Made by a program: the position numbers and the translations under genes. Shown in pieces: positions 50,645-59,299 of a stretch of 64,000 nucleotides of DNA (position 1 is the first letter of the stretch; every line of letters begins with the position of its first letter). The notes below the pieces were generated by a model that was given only the letters and a program-made list of their open reading frames with translations, was not told the DNA's origin and ran no database searches. The stretch comes from Candidatus Tepidiaquacella proteinivora (GTDB taxonomy: Bacteria > Bacteroidota > Ignavibacteria > Tepidaquicellales > Tepidaquicellaceae), in contig CP054675.1 of assembly GCA_013348845.1 (NCBI GenBank), positions 746,419 to 810,418 on the forward strand, read 5' to 3'.

Positions 50645-51949
50645 TTATTTAATCAGCATCATTCTTTTCACATCAACAAATCCATTCGATTCAAGTCTGT
50701 AGAAATATACTCCACTTGCAAGACTACTTCCATCAAATTCTACCGTGTATCTGCCTGCCATCTTTACTTCATTTACTAAATCTGCTACTTCTCTTCCTAA
50801 TACATCATATACTTTTAACCTCACTAATCCTTGCTTCGGTATTCCGAAACTTATCTTCGTTACAGGATTAAATGGATTTGGGTAGTTCTGAGATAACTCA
50901 TATTTATCCGGTATCTCACTTAGCTTATTCTCTAACCCTGTACCAGGAGTTAATTCAAGACATACATTCGGTCGTAATGGATTGGTTGTGGTTGAACTTA
51001 ATGGGTCAATACATCCGTTACCTGTACTTAAATCTGCATATTGATGGAATGTCCGCTGCGGTGATACTGATGTCGCCTGTACTGTCGTATTAGATGACCA
51101 ACTGCTATTGTTGAAACATACTTCTACAAGTAAGTTCGTGCCATTATAGGAAAATGGAGTGGTTAAGGTTATATATTGCCAGCCAGTCCCTGCTGGTAAG
51201 TATGAACTTGAGGTATATACCGTCTGCCAGCTACCTGTGGTTACAAATCCCGTTATTGTCGTTATCGTTGTGTTCTGCATCCTGATCTGGAATCCGTTCA
51301 TCGCTGGTGAACCTATCGCTCCTACATTAAATCCTATCTTCGTGATTGAACCACCGCCAGGTACTCCTATTTCACTGCCTAAATATAGCATATGTGTCTT
51401 ACTATCCATATAAAATGTATAGAATGGATATCCGACAAGTGTTGTCCCTGTTCCTATACATACATTTACTATATTTATTATCTTGAAATTGTATAACACT
51501 GTCGAATCCATATTGTGACCTGAGGAATTATCTCTTGCATATATCCTGTAAAATATTGAGTCATTTATGTTAACTTCTGCCTGTGTTGAATTAAATGCCG
51601 CTGAATAGTTGTTTCCTCCTACCGGTAATAACTTGAAATGCTTTATCCCTGTCGATGGTGTGTTCTTATACCACCTTACCCAAACTGAGTCTATTCCTAT
51701 GTTGTCCGTTACATTTGCCGTTACTGTTGCAGGCCATTGTAACTTTGGCCAATTGGGTAGCGGAGTGTGAGTTATTACTGGCTTTACGGTGTCAGGTGAT
51801 GCAATGAATGAATAGTATGACCCCGGTGCTCCCGCCGGCGCTGTTGCTACCCTGTTAAGTGAATCTACTGTTCTTATATAATATCTGTATGTACCAGGTC
51901 CTGTTAAGGTTATATTACCTGTCCAGTTGTTACCACCTGTATTTGTCAT
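50645..51949 (-). CDS. C-terminal part of a T9SS-sorted surface protein (Ig-like HTPL-type domains + T9SS CTD); no signal peptide of its own
   Basis: It ends in NYPNPFNPVTKISF...GVYFYRL...RMMLIK (T9SS CTD). It starts MTNTGGNNW with no leader, and its ATG shares one base with the stop of the upstream ORF. Confidence 0.7.
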   Translation of the reverse strand: MTNTGGNNWTGNITLTGPGTYRYYIRTVDSLNRVATAPAGAPGSYYSFIASPDTVKPVITHTPLPNWPKLQWPATVTANVTDNIGIDSVWVRWYKNTPSTGIKHFKLLPVGGNNYSAAFNSTQAEVNINDSIFYRIYARDNSSGHNMDSTVLYNFKIINIVNVCIGTGTTLVGYPFYTFYMDSKTHMLYLGSEIGVPGGGSITKIGFNVGAIGSPAMNGFQIRMQNTTITTITGFVTTGSWQTVYTSSSYLPAGTGWQYITLTTPFSYNGTNLLVEVCFNNSSWSSNTTVQATSVSPQRTFHQYADLSTGNGCIDPLSSTTTNPLRPNVCLELTPGTGLENKLSEIPDKYELSQNYPNPFNPVTKISFGIPKQGLVRLKVYDVLGREVADLVNEVKMAGRYTVEFDGSSLASGVYFYRLESNGFVDVKRMMLIK

Positions 51950-53445
51950 CAGTACAGCGGAGTGTGATTAATTGCTGGTCCTAAATCAATAGTGGTAACC
52001 CATGCCTGATAAATTCCGGTAGCATCATCACACCAATAAGGAAATACTTTGTTATTACCTGATGTTATACCAATGTAATCTCCCTGATATCCTGACGCTA
52101 AACCAGATATAGATTTGGGTTTAAACTTATGGTCACTGACAAGAATATCAGTCCAGGTATTACCACCATCTATTGAACGTGAAACATATACCTGAGCAGA
52201 ATCATTTGTAGGAATATTTCTTGTATCATAATAGACAACATTGACACCACCGAACTCATCAACTCTGAGAGCTGGGAAATATTGATATTTTCCATTATTT
52301 AAAGCATCCTGATTAACTCTTATACCAGCTGACCAGGTATTACCACCATCTGTTGACCTATGCATAACTATGTCTGGATCAGTTCCAGCAGGTGCCAAAT
52401 TCTTTTCAGCAGTTACAATATAAATCCAACCATTCCTTGGTCCACCAGTTCTATCAACACCCATCCAAGGAAAGTCATTCACTCTAATGTTAGTTGCAAA
52501 AAGATTTCCTCTAATACCATTGCAATCATAAATATTATTATTGTAAGTCCAGTTAACGCCACCATTAGTAGATTTAGCAAATCCTACATAATCACCTGTA
52601 TAAGGTGAGCCGGTGATTGGATTTTGCCAACAAATGATAGCATCTCCATTCGGTAGAACAGCACCGTTCACACCTTGATGATAATGCCCGGATGCCGGAA
52701 CGGCAACTTGTATTGCTGAGCTATAAGACGCTCCATTATTTGTAGAATAAGCAACTGCGCAATATGGTTGTGAAACCCAATATGACCATGTTACATAAAC
52801 TCTTCCAGCATAAGGACTTGAAGGTACATCATTTACAAAAGTATGATTTTTATCTTGTGAACCAGAGGCAACAGTCCACGCATTTGACCATGTAATACCA
52901 TTGTCCGTTGAATATGCTGCGCTCAAACCAGTCCAGGTCATCCCAGAACGTCCAAGATATGATTGATAGAAATATCCATTTAAACCAATGGCGGGTGCCG
53001 GGTCACCACCATGTCCTGCAATAGGTGCTGCAGGTGTAGTATCAGAACCGTACCAATTAACACCAGAATTAGTTGAAGCATACATTCCCTCACTGAAGAA
53101 TGTTGCACTAATATTTACAGCATTCGAACTTGCAAAAAGAATAGATTGGTTAGTTGGATGACGAGTGATTGGAGTTTCACTTTGAGTGTTGTTAGAAGGA
53201 TGCACCCGAATATTTGGATTAACAATCATCATACCGGCAGGGGTATTATATACCTGAGGTTCAGTAAAAGTTCTCTGAATATTATCAGTGATAACAGGTT
53301 GAGATACTGGTTCCCCTGTAGGTTCAAGTCTCATCATACGAGGGTCATGACTCCATTTATCATAAGAATCTTCTGTAATTTTTTGCCCCATAAATAATGC
53401 TACTGCTAAGACAAGCAGTGAAAGAGGAATAAGAAGTTTCTTCAT
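51949..53445 (-). CDS. N-terminal part of the same surface protein: signal peptide + BNR/Asp-box (sialidase-like) beta-propeller
   Basis: Signal peptide MKKLLIPLSLLVLAVALF and Asp-boxes STDNGITW, STDGGNTW, SIDGGNTW and STNGGVNW. It ends ...AINHTPLY*, inside a domain that continues in the next ORF. Confidence 0.7.
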   Translation of the reverse strand: MKKLLIPLSLLVLAVALFMGQKITEDSYDKWSHDPRMMRLEPTGEPVSQPVITDNIQRTFTEPQVYNTPAGMMIVNPNIRVHPSNNTQSETPITRHPTNQSILFASSNAVNISATFFSEGMYASTNSGVNWYGSDTTPAAPIAGHGGDPAPAIGLNGYFYQSYLGRSGMTWTGLSAAYSTDNGITWSNAWTVASGSQDKNHTFVNDVPSSPYAGRVYVTWSYWVSQPYCAVAYSTNNGASYSSAIQVAVPASGHYHQGVNGAVLPNGDAIICWQNPITGSPYTGDYVGFAKSTNGGVNWTYNNNIYDCNGIRGNLFATNIRVNDFPWMGVDRTGGPRNGWIYIVTAEKNLAPAGTDPDIVMHRSTDGGNTWSAGIRVNQDALNNGKYQYFPALRVDEFGGVNVVYYDTRNIPTNDSAQVYVSRSIDGGNTWTDILVSDHKFKPKSISGLASGYQGDYIGITSGNNKVFPYWCDDATGIYQAWVTTIDLGPAINHTPLY

Positions 53446-53589
53446 TGTTTCATTATTTAGTTAATAAATATTTTTTATTTTAAAAAAATAAAAAAAAACA
53501 TTATAATAAGCAAATTAAAAATACTCAAATTTTTTATTTAATAATTGGGAATTTATTTTTTTTTTAATAAAAATAAAAAAATAAAAAAA

Positions 53590-54321
53590 TTAATTTATTG
53601 TGTAAGATAATCCTACACCAATTTTCATACCATCGATATAAATTTTTGAATCATATTCCTGAGGGAAAAAATAGACCTCATCATTAATTATAATACTATT
53701 TGTAGGAAATTTACTTTTCACATTATATTTACCTTCCCTGAATCTTAAATCAAAATTTACAGCAAGCCTTGAAGTCAAAAAATATTTTAAATTAAAAACG
53801 ATATGTATAGTTAGCTCAGGGGAAGTTGAAATAGTCTCAGTTTGTAAATTTGCAAACTTTCTTATTCTACTACCAAAATAGGTCCCAATTCCCCCTCCAA
53901 TTAAAATATCAGTAGATGAGATAAACTCGGGTAATTTATATAATACTGACAACTCAACCGGAAATGCTTCTAAATCTTCTTCGGCTGAAAATCTTTTTAT
54001 ATTTGAATCATTAGAGACTATCTGATACAAATCATCATCAATTATTCTTAAATACTCTGAAGAAATACATATTGATATATCATCTGAAAAGAACTTTTTT
54101 CTCAAAGATATCCCAAAACCAAAACCACCCTTTGTATCGACGATTTGATTTCTTTCTATTGGGTCAGTAGAGTTTGAATATATTTGTATTGATGCTGATG
54201 AAATATAATTCCCACTCAACGATATAGATAAATTTTCATAATTAATAAATTGAGCAGAAAGAAAGTCAGGAAAAATACAAAATATCAGAAATATTAAAAT
54301 TTTATTTTTCAAGAACTGCAT
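53590..54321 (-). CDS. hypothetical secreted protein, possibly an outer-membrane beta-barrel
   Basis: Signal peptide from the internal ATG at 54321 (MQFLKNKILIFLIFCIFPDFLSAQ), followed by alternating hydrophobic beta-strand-like segments. The family is not recognised. Confidence 0.4.
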   Translation of the reverse strand: MQFLKNKILIFLIFCIFPDFLSAQFINYENLSISLSGNYISSASIQIYSNSTDPIERNQIVDTKGGFGFGISLRKKFFSDDISICISSEYLRIIDDDLYQIVSNDSNIKRFSAEEDLEAFPVELSVLYKLPEFISSTDILIGGGIGTYFGSRIRKFANLQTETISTSPELTIHIVFNLKYFLTSRLAVNFDLRFREGKYNVKSKFPTNSIIINDEVYFFPQEYDSKIYIDGMKIGVGLSYTIN

Positions 54322-54670
54322 TATAATAATCCAAATCAAATATATACCAATTTGAAGTTGCAGCATCTACAATAACCCCTACTAATCCAACGACGATATC
54401 AAGAATTAACCAGCCAATCCCAAGTGAATAGGAAAGGCGAAGAGTCTTCTTCTTATAATCATCTTTAACAAACTCTATAATGTATTCTTTTCCTTTTTTC
54501 AAATTAACTTTAATAGGTGTTGTACCTTCTTCAGAACCGTTAATATAGACAGTAGCCCCAGTTGGGGTGCTGTTTAATTTTATTTCTTGTTTACTTCCGG
54601 AAAAAATTGTAGCGCAACCTGAATAGAGAAAAAAAAGTACGATGATAAAATAAATAAATATTTTCTTCAT
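54302..54670 (-). CDS. PEGA-domain lipoprotein
   Basis: Lipobox-like LYSGC after a signal peptide. STPTGATVYINGSEEGTTPIKV is a PEGA motif, and the C-terminus is hydrophobic. Confidence 0.7.
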   Translation of the reverse strand: MKKIFIYFIIVLFFLYSGCATIFSGSKQEIKLNSTPTGATVYINGSEEGTTPIKVNLKKGKEYIIEFVKDDYKKKTLRLSYSLGIGWLILDIVVGLVGVIVDAATSNWYIFDLDYYNAVLEK

Positions 54671-54719
54671 AGTATCTTATGTTCTATAATTAAAGTTAAT
54701 TAAAGAATTTTTGATATAC

Positions 54720-54764
54720 AATAAAATATCAGGGAATCCTGATACTAAAATAGGATTCCCTGAT
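54720..54764 (-). terminator. Rho-independent terminator after the 274-aa T9SS gene
   Basis: Perfect 13-bp stem ATCAGGGAATCCT (54728-54740) / AGGATTCCCTGAT (54752-54764) with an 11-nt loop. On the minus strand it is followed by ATTTTATT. Confidence 0.75.
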
Positions 54765-54786
54765 AAAAACAGATAAACATAAAAAC

Positions 54787-55611
54787 TTATTTTATCAGAA
54801 CCATTTTCTTTACATCAACAAAATTTTCAGTCTCAAGTCTGTAATAATATATTCCGCTTGATAAATCTGATGCATTAAATTCTATAATATATTTACCGGC
54901 ATTTTTATAATCATTAACAAGTGTAACAACTTCATTACCGAGTATATTATAGATTTTCAAAGATACAAATCCGGACTTTGGTAAATCGAAGGAAATTTTG
55001 GTTACAGGATTAAATGGATTTGGATAGTTCTGATGAAGCACATAATCATTTGGAATTTCACTTGCGTTATTCTCATAATCACTTAAAAGACAAGGTGGTG
55101 GGTCTGTTTTTGTCCATTGTGTTCCGTAAGTTAGAGGAGTTAAATTGTCAAATACAGCAGAATTGGTTCTAAAAACCATCATTATACAGGAATTAGGATT
55201 TAAAAGATTAAATTTAAAGCTTGCAATCCAATAATTCCCTGAAGTAAATTGATATGGTGTCCTATTATAAAGTAATAGTATATTCATACTACAAGCAGTA
55301 CCATTTAAGATATCTGTAGTAGTTAAATATCCGTAATTAACATTATTATTCAAGTTATTATTTGCATTTAAAGCAGGACTTTCTTCAACAAGTGTAATCC
55401 CATTTGGTGGGTCAGTTGTATAATAGTCAATACGAACATTAGTTGGTCCAGGACTCCATGTCTGTCCACTCGGTACATTAGCATATAAATCAATAACGAA
55501 ATAGCCGCTTTCAACTCTTGGATTTTGTAAAGAAAAATGAACTTTAACCTGAGCGTATGAATTGAAAGCTACTGCTATTATTAATAGTGTTAATAAAATT
55601 ATTTTCTTCAT
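54787..55611 (-). CDS. T9SS-sorted secreted protein with an uncharacterised ~150-aa N-terminal beta-rich domain
   Basis: Signal peptide (..NSYAQ), then VKVHFSLQNPRVESGYFVIDLYANVP...VRIDY. The C-terminal NYPNPFNPVTKISF...GIYYYRL...KKMVLIK is a T9SS CTD. Confidence 0.7.
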   Translation of the reverse strand: MKKIILLTLLIIAVAFNSYAQVKVHFSLQNPRVESGYFVIDLYANVPSGQTWSPGPTNVRIDYYTTDPPNGITLVEESPALNANNNLNNNVNYGYLTTTDILNGTACSMNILLLYNRTPYQFTSGNYWIASFKFNLLNPNSCIMMVFRTNSAVFDNLTPLTYGTQWTKTDPPPCLLSDYENNASEIPNDYVLHQNYPNPFNPVTKISFDLPKSGFVSLKIYNILGNEVVTLVNDYKNAGKYIIEFNASDLSSGIYYYRLETENFVDVKKMVLIK

Positions 55612-55650
55612 AATTATTATTTTAAACTTTTAATAATATACTTTTATTAA

Positions 55651-57699
55651 TTAATATGGTCTTATAAAATTCTTTCCGAAATTGGAATACAATATTGGTA
55701 GATCATATCCATCTACATAATTATCTCCATTGTAATCTGAAGATTTATAGCCATCTCTTCCGAACTGTGTCTTATATAAATCATAATCAGTCGGATTTAT
55801 ATAGCCATCCTGATTCCCATCGCCACCATATAATACCCATGCAGAACCAACCTGCTTCATATTATTACCATATGCTTTATTTGCGGCTGTTGTAAAATCA
55901 TAGTTCGTTGTTGAGCCAGTGGCAAATGCAGGTGCTGTATTGCTCCAGGTTTCAAGATGGTTTCTATGTTTAACAATTATATAATAATTGCCATTAGGTG
56001 CCTTTTCAAAACTGATAAGAGCGGTTCCGGAAGTTGATAAAAACGCATTAGAACTATCTCTTAAAGTAAATGGGCTTGTAGGTTGAGCAAGATAAACTTT
56101 AATTGTATCCTGGACATGATTAGTACCATCATAAAATCCTTCAAGATAGACCTTCAGGTTTAAATAAAATGTTTGAACTGTAGTAAATCTGAATGCAGAT
56201 GCCCATGGACCTTGTCCACCTTCATTGTATGCACAGACTCGCCAATAATATTGAGTATTTCCTGTTAAAACACCAGAGGGAACATTAAATTGAGACTGTG
56301 TTATATTTGAAACATCAAGAACTGTTGTCGCAAATGAAGATAGCGTTGACATTTGAACTCTATAGTAAGATGCACCCGTAACATCGCTCCAATCTAGTAA
56401 TGGCGTTAATGATATACCGGTTGCCATATTGGGAGGTGAAATTAATGTCGGTGCAGCAGGTGGTTGAATGCTTGTTGTAAAATTCCATACGCTTGACCAT
56501 TGACCATCACCACCAGCATTTGAAGCGCGTACACGCCAATAGTATTGAACATTATATGATAACACACCCGATGGTATTGTATACTGTGAGGAACTTCCTG
56601 TTAACATATTAACCACAGTTGTTGTAAATCCTGAATTAGTTGATACCTGAACCCGGTAAGTTGTAGCACTTGGTACATCATTCCAGTCAAGTGTTGGTGT
56701 TAATGATACACCGGTAGCATTATTAGGCGGATAAAGTAACATAGGTGCCGCTGGCGGCGCAGTTCCGGTAGTAAAGTATCTTGAAGTTGACCAAGGACCT
56801 TCACCAGCAGAATTAGCTGCTAAAACTCTCCAGTAATAAGTAGTATTACCTGATAAAATACCACTCGGCACATTATGTTGGGATACTGTTATTCCTGACT
56901 GGTCATAAACCAATGCTGTAAATCCGGAATTTAAAGCGATTTGTACCCTATAAGAAGTCGCCCCTGATACATCACTCCAATCTAATAAAGGAGTAGTAGA
57001 AACATTAGTTGCTCCATTTGCAGGGGATAACAAATTTGGAGCTCCTGGTAATGGTGGAACAGTGGTAAAGTTCCAAACTGTTGACCACGGACTTGTACCA
57101 CCATTATTTGTTGCACTAACTCTCCAATAATAGAGTGTATTTGTGGTTAAAATACCTGATGTAATTGTGTAGCCAGGATTATTTATACCAGTCACATTAA
57201 CAACGGTAGTAGAGAATCCTGAATTAGTCGATACTTGTATATTGTAATAGTTTGCACCGGGTACACTATTCCAACTAAGTGTTGGAGTTAAAGTAACATT
57301 GGTAGAACCATTAGGTGGTGATAATAATTCCGGTGCAGCAGGTGGAGCAGTAGTCGTGGTGAAAGAAAATTGAGTTGACCATTGACTTGTTCCGCTTGGT
57401 CCCGTAGCATTTACACGCCAATAGTACGTAGTATTAGCCTGCAGAATGGCGCTTGTTATCTCATACTGAGATTGAGTAATACCTGACTGATCTAAAATTG
57501 TATAAGCACCTTGAAAAACTTGTAATCTGTAACTCGTCGCCCCTGTAACATCCGACCAGTCAAAAGTAAAAAATAGCGGAATATTAGTAGCACCATTCGG
57601 AGGATATAAAAGTATTGGCGGTTGAGGTTGTGCTATTATTACTCCACTGCAGAAAAACATTAAAAGAGTAATAACAATAAAATAATAGAATTTTTTCAT
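55651..57699 (-). CDS. secreted multi-module protein: 5 tandem Fn3-like modules + HRNHLETWS domain + C-terminal dockerin-like double repeat
   Basis: Signal peptide and five repeats of the P.NGATNV...P.LDWSDV.GA.SYRVQVS...YYWRV.A.N..G.GPWS..W.FTT pattern. The C-terminus GDGNQDGYINPTDYDLYKTQFG...DYNGDNYVDGYDLPILYSNFG forms two EF-hand-like dockerin segments. AGAGGT lies upstream of the ATG. Confidence 0.75.
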   Translation of the reverse strand: MKKFYYFIVITLLMFFCSGVIIAQPQPPILLYPPNGATNIPLFFTFDWSDVTGATSYRLQVFQGAYTILDQSGITQSQYEITSAILQANTTYYWRVNATGPSGTSQWSTQFSFTTTTAPPAAPELLSPPNGSTNVTLTPTLSWNSVPGANYYNIQVSTNSGFSTTVVNVTGINNPGYTITSGILTTNTLYYWRVSATNNGGTSPWSTVWNFTTVPPLPGAPNLLSPANGATNVSTTPLLDWSDVSGATSYRVQIALNSGFTALVYDQSGITVSQHNVPSGILSGNTTYYWRVLAANSAGEGPWSTSRYFTTGTAPPAAPMLLYPPNNATGVSLTPTLDWNDVPSATTYRVQVSTNSGFTTTVVNMLTGSSSQYTIPSGVLSYNVQYYWRVRASNAGGDGQWSSVWNFTTSIQPPAAPTLISPPNMATGISLTPLLDWSDVTGASYYRVQMSTLSSFATTVLDVSNITQSQFNVPSGVLTGNTQYYWRVCAYNEGGQGPWASAFRFTTVQTFYLNLKVYLEGFYDGTNHVQDTIKVYLAQPTSPFTLRDSSNAFLSTSGTALISFEKAPNGNYYIIVKHRNHLETWSNTAPAFATGSTTNYDFTTAANKAYGNNMKQVGSAWVLYGGDGNQDGYINPTDYDLYKTQFGRDGYKSSDYNGDNYVDGYDLPILYSNFGKNFIRPY
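56173..57630 (-). repeat. five tandem ~290-nt coding repeats (94-99 aa modules)
   Basis: Boundaries come from hand counting of the protein: residues 24-117, 118-214, 215-313, 314-411 and 412-509. Confidence 0.8.
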
Positions 57700-57961
57700 T
57701 ATTTACCTCTTTAAATTAATTTATAAAATGTTAATTAAATTTTTTCACTAAATTAAAAAAATTTTACTCAATATTTCAAAGAGCTAAATTTTGACTTCTA
57801 AATATAATAAAAGATATTTAAAAAATCAACTTATCATTTTAAGCAATGTAATTTATAAAAATAATAAAATCAATTAATTAAATTCGTGAAAAATTATCCA
57901 GTTTTATCTGAATGAGAATATCATTTTAAAAAGATACAGAAAAACAATAAAGAATTTTATA

Positions 57962-57990
57962 TTGAAAGGAAAAAATAAAAGTTTTATTTT
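57962..57990 (+). promoter_or_regulatory. possible sigma-70-like promoter for the tRNA pair
   Basis: TTGAAA (57962-57967), a 17-nt spacer, then TATTTT (57985-57990), 13 nt before tRNA-Arg. Matches like this are common by chance in AT-rich DNA. Confidence 0.25.
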
Positions 57991-58003
57991 ACAGAGAATA
58001 AAT

Positions 58004-58077
58004 GCGCCCGTAGCTCAGCTGGATAGAGCAACAGCCTTCTAAGCTGTGGGTCACTGGTTCGAATCCAGTCGGGCGTG
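58004..58077 (+). tRNA. tRNA-Arg (anticodon TCT)
   Basis: Folded by hand: acceptor GCGCCCG/CGGGCGT (G1-U72), D arm GCTC-AGCTGGATA-GAGC, anticodon arm ACAGC-CTTCTAA-GCTGT, T arm ACTGG-TTCGAAT-CCAGT. No CCA is encoded. Confidence 0.93.
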
Positions 58078-58087
58078 CGGTTTTATT

Positions 58088-58159
<72 letters not shown>

Positions 58160-58206
58160 CAGAAAGATTAACAGAAAATAATCAAGGATTTTTTCCTTCA
58201 TTTTAT

Positions 58207-59295
58207 ATGCCCAACAAAACATTTTTCACAGTTGGTCCTACCGAGTTATTCCCAGAAGTCAAGAAAATTTATCAGGAAGCTTTAAAAAAGAAAATATTTT
58301 CAATCTCACACAGAAGTTTAGAATTCTCTTCTATTTTTAATTTAACCGTAAATAATTTAAAAAAACTTCTAAATATACCAAAAGATTTCAATGTCTTTTT
58401 TTTAAGTTCTGCTACTGAATGTATGGAAAGAATAATACAAAATTTAGTGTTAAATAAAAGTTTTCACTATGATAATGGATTTTTTGCTGAAAGATTTTTT
58501 AATATATCCGTTCAATATAACAAGTCTGCAGAAAAATTTTCTTCTCAATATGGAACAGGGACAGATTTCAAAAATATAAAACTACCGGAAAATACAGAAT
58601 TGCTGTGTATTGTCTTAAATGAGACAAGCACAGGAGTTGCGTTAAATATTAATGATATAAAAAGATTCAAGCAAAAAAACCCGGATGTTATTTTAGCACT
58701 GGATATAGTAACAGCAGTACCATATTATAAAATTGATTTTCGGTATATAGACTGTGCATTCTTTTCAGTACAAAAAGGTTTTGGAATGCCACCCGGATTA
58801 GGTGTTTTGATTTTAAATGAAAAATGTATTAAGAAAGCAGAAGAGATAAATAAATCAGGAATATCTATTGGATCGTATAATAACTTTTTAAAATTAAAAG
58901 AGAATTTTTTAAAAAATCAAACTACAATAACCCCAAATATTCCATTGATTTACATTTTAGGAAAAATATCCGATTTTCTGTTAAATTATGGTATTGATAA
59001 AATAAGAAATGAGACTGAAAAAAAAGCAGAATTGTTGTATAATTATTTTGATGAACATAATTTTATCAAACCATTTGTGAAAGAAGAAAAATTCAGATCA
59101 AAAACAACCATTACTCTTCAAACAGAGATTGAATCTGATAAAATAATAAAAACTTTATCAAGAAATGGATTTGTTATCAGCTATGGTTATAACATTTTTA
59201 AAAACAAACATATCAGAATTGGTAATTTTCCTATGCATAGAATTGAAGATGTTCGTAAATTAATAAAATTATTTCATTCAATAAAATTAGATTAA
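58207..59295 (+). CDS. serC: phosphoserine aminotransferase-like class V aminotransferase
   Basis: Start moved to the ATG at 58207 (MPNKTFFTVGPTELFPEV), because the track ORF reads through the two tRNA genes. ISHRSLEF and SVQKGFGMPPGLG (PLP lysine) resemble SerC. Confidence 0.78.
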   Translation: MPNKTFFTVGPTELFPEVKKIYQEALKKKIFSISHRSLEFSSIFNLTVNNLKKLLNIPKDFNVFFLSSATECMERIIQNLVLNKSFHYDNGFFAERFFNISVQYNKSAEKFSSQYGTGTDFKNIKLPENTELLCIVLNETSTGVALNINDIKRFKQKNPDVILALDIVTAVPYYKIDFRYIDCAFFSVQKGFGMPPGLGVLILNEKCIKKAEEINKSGISIGSYNNFLKLKENFLKNQTTITPNIPLIYILGKISDFLLNYGIDKIRNETEKKAELLYNYFDEHNFIKPFVKEEKFRSKTTITLQTEIESDKIIKTLSRNGFVISYGYNIFKNKHIRIGNFPMHRIEDVRKLIKLFHSIKLD

Positions 59296-59299
59296 AAAA

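Noticed and set aside
50859-50891. 33-nt stretch identical at 32/33 positions to 55001..55033
   Set aside because: Both encode the invariant QNYPNPFNPVT core of T9SS sorting domains with the same AT-biased codons. Similarity decays immediately outside the motif, so this is motif conservation rather than a mobile repeat.
53446-53589. Intergenic block made almost entirely of A/T runs (for example aataaaaataaaaaaataaaaaaatta)
   Set aside because: It is low-complexity DNA with no repeat-spacer periodicity, no stem-loops with G/C and no ORF. Most likely it is just a promoter or curved-DNA spacer, which cannot be supported further by eye.
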